DNA from: Burkholderiaceae bacterium
Lineage (GTDB): Bacteria > Pseudomonadota > Gammaproteobacteria > Burkholderiales > Burkholderiaceae_B
NCBI GenBank assembly: GCA_034680345.1
Contig: JAXISZ010000008.1
Location: forward strand, 5,363-69,362
Direction of reading: 5' to 3'
DNA: 64,000 bases
The position numbers were made by a program, and so were the translations under genes. The notes under the pieces were generated by a model. That model saw only the letters and a program-made list of their open reading frames with translations. It had not been told where the DNA came from and ran no database searches. Each line of letters begins with the position of its first letter. Positions within the stretch are counted from its first letter, which is position 1. Below, piece after piece: positions 42,206 through 49,140 of this stretch.

Positions 42206-43561
42206 TTGATGAGTACAAACGATTCGCTTGGTTTTTACAGCACTCTCGGTGTGACGCAGCAAGCATCCCAGTCAGAAATCAAGGCGGCGTACCGTAGCAA
42301 GGCAATGGAGTTTCATCCTGACAGGAACCCTGACAGAGATACGACCTCAGAGTTCCAAGCCCTACAGGCAGCGTACGACGTACTCTCTAACGAGAAACTG
42401 CGCCAGCAATATGATGCAGACAGTTCCATCCCCTCAAGTTCCACTAGTGATGACGAAGGCAGATATAGGCCGCTCGACCCAATTTATTGCTCAAAATGCA
42501 GCTCGGTCTCGGCGCAACCCCGATACAAGGTTTTTTACTCCGTCTACGGGTACATTTTCGGGGCTTATAAGAAGCCACATCAAGGTATTTTTTGTTCGAA
42601 ATGCGAAATCAAAGAAGGACTTAAGGCATCTGCTTTAACTATGGTTGCTGGCTGGTGGAGTATTGCAGGCTTTCTGTGGACCATACAGACGCTGATTCAG
42701 AACCTTGTAGGCGGTAGGTTTAGCGAACAAAATGCCCGACTGCAAGGCTACCAAGCTATGTATTTCGCCCAAATTGGCAAGCTTGATCTTGCCAGAGCTA
42801 TTGCGGTTGAAGCCTTGAAACTGGCTAAAAAGGCGACAAAAGAAAACGGGAAGAGTTTCTCCTTCAAGAAGAACCTTGGTTATGAAACTCCAGATCCACT
42901 CAAGGAATTACGAGACTCGCTAACAAAGTTTATTGACTCACTCGCAGAGGACACAAAGCTTGTTGAACTCAAGAACAAAAATGAGATTTTCAACAAACGA
43001 TTCGCCTATCAGCTCCTTCTTCTGGTCTCCTTTGCAGGGCTAATTTCTGGTGAGCTCTATCGACAAGAACTAGAGACCCGAGAGAAGGAACGCATACGCC
43101 TTGAACAACAGGGAATTGAAAGAGAAAGAGCCGCTGCAATCGCTGCGCAGCAGCAAGAGGAACTGAGGAAATCTGAGCTACCCCTTCCTAGAAGTGGACT
43201 GTTTCGAGGCTTTAGTCCCGTTAATGCACCGCCATTAAAAGTAACCAATTCGCCAGGAGCGAATACGCTAATGAAGCTCATCCGCACTTCTGACGGTGCA
43301 GAGGTAATGAGCATCTTCATTAGAGCGGGTCAAACTGTAGAGCTTGGCGTTCCCGTTGGCAGCTATAACGCAAAAATCGCCTCTGGACAGACTTGGTATG
43401 GGGACTCCATTAGATTCGGCCCCAACACAAGCTATACAACGCTCGATACCGTTCTTCACTTCTCGATTCAAGGTTCTCAGTTACTAGGGAATGAACTTAC
43501 CCTAACTCAGATCAAAAACGGGAATCTACGACAAGTCCCACTTAGCGCAAATGAATTTTGA
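42206..43561 (+). CDS. J-domain protein with CxxC zinc-ribbon-like segment, TM segment, coiled coil and unknown C-terminal domain
   Basis: It has a J domain with HPD (YSTLGV...IKAAYRSKAMEFHPDRNPD...AYDVLSN). This is followed by CSKCS...CSKCE, the hydrophobic stretch MVAGWWSIAGFLWTI, and an E/R/Q-rich coil. Confidence 0.8.
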   Translation: MMSTNDSLGFYSTLGVTQQASQSEIKAAYRSKAMEFHPDRNPDRDTTSEFQALQAAYDVLSNEKLRQQYDADSSIPSSSTSDDEGRYRPLDPIYCSKCSSVSAQPRYKVFYSVYGYIFGAYKKPHQGIFCSKCEIKEGLKASALTMVAGWWSIAGFLWTIQTLIQNLVGGRFSEQNARLQGYQAMYFAQIGKLDLARAIAVEALKLAKKATKENGKSFSFKKNLGYETPDPLKELRDSLTKFIDSLAEDTKLVELKNKNEIFNKRFAYQLLLLVSFAGLISGELYRQELETREKERIRLEQQGIERERAAAIAAQQQEELRKSELPLPRSGLFRGFSPVNAPPLKVTNSPGANTLMKLIRTSDGAEVMSIFIRAGQTVELGVPVGSYNAKIASGQTWYGDSIRFGPNTSYTTLDTVLHFSIQGSQLLGNELTLTQIKNGNLRQVPLSANEF

Positions 43562-43600
43562 AGCTAGCAATGACTAAAGAAAGAAACTGGTCTAATTGCA

Positions 43601-43954
43601 TCATTCGAACTTCCTAACTGCTTCTTCATATGCAGAATTTATTTGCTTTGTTTTTTCCTCAGCAATCATCGTAAATTCTGGTCCTAAAGAAGAGACCTTG
43701 TCTGGGTGATATTGAGAGATCTTTCTTTTGTAGGCAGCTTTTATTTCTTCAAATGAGGCGCCTGGAGTGACATCAAGAGTTTTGTACCAAGACTCGTGAT
43801 TAGACTCTTTAGGAACGTCATATGGATGCTTACCGTTAGACTCAGAAGCCTCGGCTTCCTCTTTGCTAGTCAGCAAAAGACGGACCAGACCATAACCAAA
43901 GAACAGAGCACACAAGACAATGAAGATTTCCTGATTACTTAGACCTTCAAACAT
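43601..43954 (-). CDS. membrane-anchored mini J-domain protein (DjlA-like topology)
   Basis: It has the N-terminal TM IFIVLCALFFGYGLVRLLL and a C-terminal J domain, WYKTLDVTPGASFEEIKAAYKRKISQYHPDK. Confidence 0.75.
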   Translation of the reverse strand: MFEGLSNQEIFIVLCALFFGYGLVRLLLTSKEEAEASESNGKHPYDVPKESNHESWYKTLDVTPGASFEEIKAAYKRKISQYHPDKVSSLGPEFTMIAEEKTKQINSAYEEAVRKFE

Positions 43955-44658
43955 TTCGCAAATCCTTGTAGCAAAGCAATCTTTGATGGATCAGACTCTT
44001 CGTCAAGTGCTGCATTTGTTTGGTTAGTTAACTCATACCGAATCAACTCTGCATCATCTTTCGCTACTCGCTTTAAAGCTCTAATGTGCAACCGTATCGC
44101 ACATATTTTAGAATCTTTAAGTAGCAATATTTTTTTATTGAGGTTTACCAAATAAGCGGGAACGAAAAGCGCCTCCACAAGCAGGGAGATCACCTTCCCC
44201 TTTGGTAACTCTTGCGCTCTTATGAGCAACAAAACAAAAAAAGCTGCAAGCATCCAGATGAAGGCGTGTCCAACCAGCAAGTTAACAACAACTGCCTCGA
44301 AGCCAAATACAAACGAGAGGTAGCAGTTCACTACGAGAAAAAAAAGATACAAATATCCTAAGAAAGCCAACGAGTTCAAGCCTCTAGCCAAAAATTCAAT
44401 TGAGCGCAACTCTCGCTTGTATAGATGTTTTTCCTCGTTCAACGTCACTCTTTCTACCGATATGACACGATCAAACAAATTGATGGGATTGAGAAATACA
44501 ACATCTCTTCCTGCAAATGAATTTCGTTGACGATGCTTGTAATACGGTCGTCCATGTCGACTTATACTGAGAAAATCTTTTCCTTTCGCTATGACAACTA
44601 GGTTGTCGAATACAAGAAATCCTAAAAGAATAACCCAAAAAAGTAACGTCTCGTTCAT
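43939..44658 (-). CDS. hypothetical polytopic membrane protein
   Basis: The 239-aa product has several TM helices and overlaps both neighbouring genes (operon). Confidence 0.5.
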   Translation of the reverse strand: MNETLLFWVILLGFLVFDNLVVIAKGKDFLSISRHGRPYYKHRQRNSFAGRDVVFLNPINLFDRVISVERVTLNEEKHLYKRELRSIEFLARGLNSLAFLGYLYLFFLVVNCYLSFVFGFEAVVVNLLVGHAFIWMLAAFFVLLLIRAQELPKGKVISLLVEALFVPAYLVNLNKKILLLKDSKICAIRLHIRALKRVAKDDAELIRYELTNQTNAALDEESDPSKIALLQGFAKCLKV

Positions 44659-45473
44659 TAGGTTTTATTTCTGGCGAACCACTTTTTGATACCCGCCCAA
44701 ACAGCAGCAGCAGCTCCAACTACTGCCAATAAGATAAGTTTCAAGCCCCCCTTTTTTGTTGCAACTGCCGCAGCTCCACCGAGAACCAATGCACCTAGCC
44801 CATAGGCTGCAACACGGTCACCATCTTTCCATTCGCTGTATTTTTCACCACTTACATAATCAAAATTCTTGAGCGCACTCTTAAAATCTACCAAATCTTT
44901 CTCGAGACTCTGAGGATCAGAGACTAAAATTGCAGAAATGTATCCACTACGCCCCAAAATTTTCGTTGTGACGTTGACCGTGGTACTCTGGTCATTTTCG
45001 GATCTTAGTTTTGTACCCCATTCAAGTCGTTTTGTTTCATTGTCGTAACGTGGTGGAAAATACCACCCCTCCAAAACCATCGTTTGGAGTCCTTGCTTCT
45101 TCCTCTCTTCGTTACCTCGTTGATTACTCTCTTTGAGGCTTGCCAACAGCGCATCAGCATCAATCTTTTCATCGTCCTTTATATATCCTTCATTGTTAAA
45201 GCGCAAAACGCCAAACCAAGAGCTATTTTTAGTAGCGATTGTGTATGAACTTGTTTGTGGAAGGTTCCCATTGAGCTGAAGAAACCTGTCTGTATCTCCT
45301 GCATCCAAGAACAACAAAGGTTCAGTAATCTTGAACTCACCTTTGTCTCCGATCTTTCCTACTGCTGGTGCCATCTGCCAGTTAAGATTTTTAAATTCGG
45401 GGATTTTATGCAGTTGTGCTTGCGCTAGTGTAAAAGCTACACTTAACGCAGCAGCAATAAATGTCTTTTTCAT
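44658..45473 (-). CDS. DUF2167 membrane-anchored protein
   Basis: It has a signal peptide and the WFGVLRFNNEGYIKDDEKIDADALLASLKESNQRGNEERKKQG and KILGRSGYISAILV motifs, as I recall for DUF2167. It also has a C-terminal Gly/Ala-rich TM anchor. Confidence 0.65.
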   Translation of the reverse strand: MKKTFIAAALSVAFTLAQAQLHKIPEFKNLNWQMAPAVGKIGDKGEFKITEPLLFLDAGDTDRFLQLNGNLPQTSSYTIATKNSSWFGVLRFNNEGYIKDDEKIDADALLASLKESNQRGNEERKKQGLQTMVLEGWYFPPRYDNETKRLEWGTKLRSENDQSTTVNVTTKILGRSGYISAILVSDPQSLEKDLVDFKSALKNFDYVSGEKYSEWKDGDRVAAYGLGALVLGGAAAVATKKGGLKLILLAVVGAAAAVWAGIKKWFARNKT

Positions 45474-45483
45474 TTTTTATTTC

Positions 45484-45708
45484 CTATAAATCAGTGTTGT
45501 TGTTTTGAATGAAAAACTTATAAATCGAGAACCCACATAAGAGCTCGCCCAAAGTAATAAGCCCCCAAAATGGACCGCTACCCAGCGTCCACACAAATGC
45601 AATTCCGAGTAAAATCAAAACACCCTTTTTAGGTGGATTCACGTACTTCCCAACGAAAAATCCTATCCCGGAAAATAGCAGGAAATAGATAAACATCAAA
45701 AAATCCAA
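45484..45708 (-). CDS. small 2-3 TM membrane protein
   Basis: The 74-aa product is hydrophobic and lies within the operon. Confidence 0.4.
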   Translation of the reverse strand: MDFLMFIYFLLFSGIGFFVGKYVNPPKKGVLILLGIAFVWTLGSGPFWGLITLGELLCGFSIYKFFIQNNNTDL

Positions 45709-45761
45709 TTTTGTGTCGATAACGTAAGATCTTGACCGTTTTAGATCTTAAAAATCTCAAA

Positions 45762-46214
45762 TCATTTGGATAGTTCAATTAGTTTTGGATAATCATCAAA
45801 TATTTGATTTGCTTGTTCAATAAGTCGAATTAGTATAGTTAATGTCTTGGCATCATATGGGCCAAATTTATACAGACAAACATAAAGCGTATCGCCTTCT
45901 AGTGCAACTTGATATGAAGTCTGTACGTTTATTTTATTTAATATCTCAAGAAATTCTATTCGATTTTGCCCGGATGGCATTTTTTCAAGATTGAACATCC
46001 TGAATATAGATGTTCTTTCATTATTTTTATCGAATAGAACTTTCCCTCGTCCTAATGTGGCAATTGAAATTCTATTGTTTTCTGTGGGCTTTACCTCGTA
46101 ACCCATCGCCTCAAGTTGTTTTGCAATTGGATCATCTTTTGCTAAAGATGCTGCAACTGCAATTGATGAATTCATAAGCAAAACGCTTGCCCATAGAATA
46201 AAATATTTCTTCAT
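45762..46214 (-). CDS. secreted protein, possibly YbjN-like fold
   Basis: It has the signal peptide MKKYFILWASVLLMNSSIAVAA. The remainder loosely resembles the YbjN/chaperone-like family, and that assignment is weak. Confidence 0.4.
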   Translation of the reverse strand: MKKYFILWASVLLMNSSIAVAASLAKDDPIAKQLEAMGYEVKPTENNRISIATLGRGKVLFDKNNERTSIFRMFNLEKMPSGQNRIEFLEILNKINVQTSYQVALEGDTLYVCLYKFGPYDAKTLTILIRLIEQANQIFDDYPKLIELSK

Positions 46215-46380
46215 AAACTTCCGTTAAATTTTGGTGTGTGTTCGCCATCTTACACATCTCAAAAAAAGAATCAACAACTACGAAGCCAGTCTAACCCTGG
46301 CCATAGACGCTGCTGTCGCTTGCGTGAACTTCAAGACGTAACCTTTTGCCAGTTCCATCAGGTGCACGCCATAGCGGACA

Positions 46381-46624
46381 TTAAAAAATCAGTTTCACGA
46401 TATCCGATTTGTTGACTGGCACGGACCCAACACAACCGTTACCGTCCTCTTGACACGGCACAGCTTGACTTTCTGTCACGGCTAGCAGCAGCATAGAGTA
46501 GCCAATACGCACCTGCTTCGTCGGCGAGGTACTTGGCACCGTCGGTGATAAGACACCGACGGTTTAGGCGATAGTAGTGCTCAGTCTCGGTGAAGTGACT
46601 GAGCATCGATGGATCGAATGCCAT
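46381..46624 (-). pseudogene. frameshifted/deleted DUF6876-like gene remnant
   Basis: The ORF FTETEHYYRLNRRCLITDGAKYLADEAGAYWLL stops prematurely. A second frame continues with CQEDGNGCVGSVPVNKSDIVKLIF up to the stop at 46381-46383. The family call is from memory. Confidence 0.35.
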
Positions 46625-46633
46625 TGACAGGCA

Positions 46634-46999
46634 TCAAGCTGTTGCTTTAGCGGGCTTGATCTTGCAAAGCTTGTCGATCAAGTCCATTACTGCCGAGTCG
46701 CCAGTTTCGATCAACAAGGCAATGCGGCGCATCGTCAGTCGTGCCTTTTGCTTGTTGGCGATGGACAGGTCACGAAGAACGTCAGATGGGATGGCTCCGC
46801 CCGAGGTCAGCTTGGTCTTGACCAACTCCGTGCTCATCCGGATGGTCTTGTCATAGACTGCTAGGGCACCATCAACCTCGGTCAAAGAGAGTGCTCTAAG
46901 TGGCTTCTCGTTGGACTTGCGACGGGTCTTAGGTTGGATGGTCTGGTCTACCGAGTTGTTGGTGGTGGTAATGGGCTCGGGGGCAAAGTTTTCGGTCAT
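46634..46999 (-). CDS. hypothetical protein (121 aa)
   Basis: An AGGAGA lies 7 nt upstream of the ATG at 46999 (MTENFAPEP...). The longer track ORF to 47107 probably over-extends. Confidence 0.45.
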   Translation of the reverse strand: MTENFAPEPITTTNNSVDQTIQPKTRRKSNEKPLRALSLTEVDGALAVYDKTIRMSTELVKTKLTSGGAIPSDVLRDLSIANKQKARLTMRRIALLIETGDSAVMDLIDKLCKIKPAKATA

Positions 47000-47231
47000 G
47001 GTCTTTTCTCCTGTAGTGTCATTCGCACCGTGCGTTTGACTAGATCTATAGTATTCATCGGAGAGAAAACGTACACCGCTTTGTGGGCACTGTATTACCA
47101 GTGACACATTTAATAAAAATCGGTGTACAAAAGAGAAAATTCGATTTATTGGCAGTAAAAAGTCTGCTGGGTAGATCCAAAGAAGAAATCAAAATACCTT
47201 AGGTGTCAGTACGTTTGTCCATTTCCAACAT

Positions 47232-47477
47232 TTAGGTCTTGAAAGTTTTGAGTCGTTGCAAAAGAACTTTATCTTCTGTTCCAACCCCGATACCAAGACC
47301 AGAGATGTAGGATAGAAGTTTGTTTTGTTGAGAGATCAACCTGTTTTGTTTGATTGGATCTTTTTCTTGTTCAATCTGTTTAGATAGGTTGCTAATTTTT
47401 ACAACTAAGGTGCCGACAGTAAATCTAACCCAAACAGGATAGGTGCCTTCATTAATGTATTGTTTAAATTTCATCAT
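47232..47477 (-). CDS. hypothetical protein (AT-rich module)
   Basis: An 81-aa ORF, last in a four-gene same-strand series. I recognise no domain. Confidence 0.35.
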   Translation of the reverse strand: MMKFKQYINEGTYPVWVRFTVGTLVVKISNLSKQIEQEKDPIKQNRLISQQNKLLSYISGLGIGVGTEDKVLLQRLKTFKT

Positions 47478-47479
47478 TA

Positions 47480-47665
47480 TTAAACGCCTTCAACTAAAAT
47501 TACTGAAACATATCCTTTTCTCATCTTTTTTTCTAGTTCGTTTAAGAGGTCTTTTCTGTCATTATTTGAATTCAGATCCCACACTTCAAATTTATGAATT
47601 TTCATCGATTGAAGATTTTTGACGACTATATTTTTGGATATGATATTATGATTCTTGTTATTCAT
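47480..47665 (-). CDS. hypothetical protein (AT-rich module)
   Basis: A 61-aa ORF that overlaps the upstream gene by 4 nt. Confidence 0.35.
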   Translation of the reverse strand: MNNKNHNIISKNIVVKNLQSMKIHKFEVWDLNSNNDRKDLLNELEKKMRKGYVSVILVEGV

Positions 47666-47973
47666 AGTCGCAGTCCGTCATCATAAGGATCGAGGAAATC
47701 GTCTGAAACAGGTATATTGAGTGGTTCATCATATGAATCGTCCCAAGTTGATGGTTTATGATGGTTAATCTGTGGAAGATTTTTTATCTTAATGTTTGTA
47801 ATTAAGTCATTCAATTTGCCATCTTCCTTTATGAGTTTGAATTCTTTTCGGCAAAACTCTTCAATCATCGAATTCAAGACAGATGTTCTTGACACTCTTT
47901 TAAAATTTACAAGCTGATCAAAGTTCTTTTTTAAATGATTGGGAATGTTGAAGTTTATTAGTGTGTAAGACAT
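47662..47973 (-). CDS. ribbon-helix-helix (CopG/Arc/MetJ-like) protein
   Basis: The N-terminus TLINFNIPNHLKKNFDQLVNFKRVSRTSVLNSMIEEF fits the RHH strand-helix-helix pattern. Confidence 0.45.
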   Translation of the reverse strand: MSYTLINFNIPNHLKKNFDQLVNFKRVSRTSVLNSMIEEFCRKEFKLIKEDGKLNDLITNIKIKNLPQINHHKPSTWDDSYDEPLNIPVSDDFLDPYDDGLRL

Positions 47974-48135
47974 TATTTAATCTCCTTTAGTATTGTTGTT
48001 ATTTGTTATATTCATGATCTGTTTTGGTATTGTTATTAATTATTTAATTTTAGGCAATAGCATAGACTAAAGGAAAAGATGATCTTTCCTTTTTGATGGT
48101 TGATGGACTGATAAAGGGAAATTATTCCAACAATA

Positions 48136-48627
48136 TCAATGTAAAAACACGTTGTCCCAATCAACTGAAGATTGAAGTCCTTCGCCCTTCGATCTATTTT
48201 TTAATTTATAATCAAGCCAACCAAAATAATTATCTATAGGTTTGATTTCTATATCATGGTATCCGAATGTAGTTTTGCGCCAACATTTGATTATCATGTT
48301 TCTAAATTCATCTGGGTCCAAATGAATCGGTTTTTCTAGAGTCATGTGTATGTGAAAACGTATAAATGAATTGCCTTCAATTACTGGAACGACTGATAAT
48401 CTTTTTCCATATCTTGTAAAACCCTTGCCAAACACTGATTGATTAAGTCGGTTCATGAAGTGTCTTGTATTTTTAGAAACTTTTAATGGATCAAGATTTT
48501 CTCCAAATCTACCTTTGGAATGATTCCGCTCTAATCTTTGTTTTAAAGTGAGTGTTAGAGCAACGGGATTGGGAATAGGTTTGTTCTGAAAAAAATCGAG
48601 ATAATCAAATTTTGTTGGTAAATTCAT
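48136..48627 (-). CDS. candidate HUH-type rolling-circle Rep endonuclease domain protein
   Basis: Three motifs occur in the canonical order: ALTLTL (res 23-28), FHIHMTL (HUH, res 91-97) and DYKLK (YxxK, res 139-143). There is no helicase domain. Confidence 0.4.
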   Translation of the reverse strand: MNLPTKFDYLDFFQNKPIPNPVALTLTLKQRLERNHSKGRFGENLDPLKVSKNTRHFMNRLNQSVFGKGFTRYGKRLSVVPVIEGNSFIRFHIHMTLEKPIHLDPDEFRNMIIKCWRKTTFGYHDIEIKPIDNYFGWLDYKLKNRSKGEGLQSSVDWDNVFLH

Positions 48628-48924
48628 TAAGTCCTTTAATACTGTGTAATATTAATATCATTATTTATATGAAAATTACCCCATATTTACTAATCTATGA
48701 AAATATTTTTATAAAACAGAATTTGTAATTTGCCGCCTTGAGGGTTTGATTAATAATTGCTACTTGAATGATGTTCTCGCTATTTACACCAGAGTGTTGA
48801 CATCTTCTTAAGAGAAGATTGAAAAATTTTGAGAATGGCTATCCTATGTCGTGATAACCGAGATGTCGGCGCACACTTCGCCACAGACTTTCTTGAATAT
48901 GTTCAAGCGCTGGTGGTGATATCG

Positions 48925-48942
48925 TTTTTTTTGGGGGGGGGG
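48925..48942 (+). repeat. T8G10 homopolymer junction
   Basis: TTTTTTTTGGGGGGGGGG directly abuts the truncated recombinase pseudogene. Confidence 0.9.
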
Positions 48943-48943
48943 C

Positions 48944-49120
48944 TACTCATTGCACTGTGGTGAGCGCATGTTCATCACGAATGCAGCTCGAAAGATCAGC
49001 ACGGTTGGCTTCTCTTTACGTGGCGAGTAGATGCTGGCGGGTCACTAGTCCCTAGCTGTCACCCAGCGGTATATCGACGACGACAGTGAGGCGAGAATGA
49101 AGATCGTCGACCTGATCTAG
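48944..49120 (+). pseudogene. 5'-truncated tyrosine recombinase paralog with two in-frame TAG stops
   Basis: It translates as YSLHCGERMFITNAARKISTVGFSLRGE*MLAGH*SLAVTQRYIDDDSEARMKIVDLI*. This is colinear with the C-terminus of the intact gene at 52172-52774 (SSHSGRRTFITNAAKKISTVGGSLRDVQWLAGHSSLQTTQRYIDGDSDARRKVVDLV*). Confidence 0.8.
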
Positions 49121-49140
49121 GCTGATATGGGTCTAATTCC

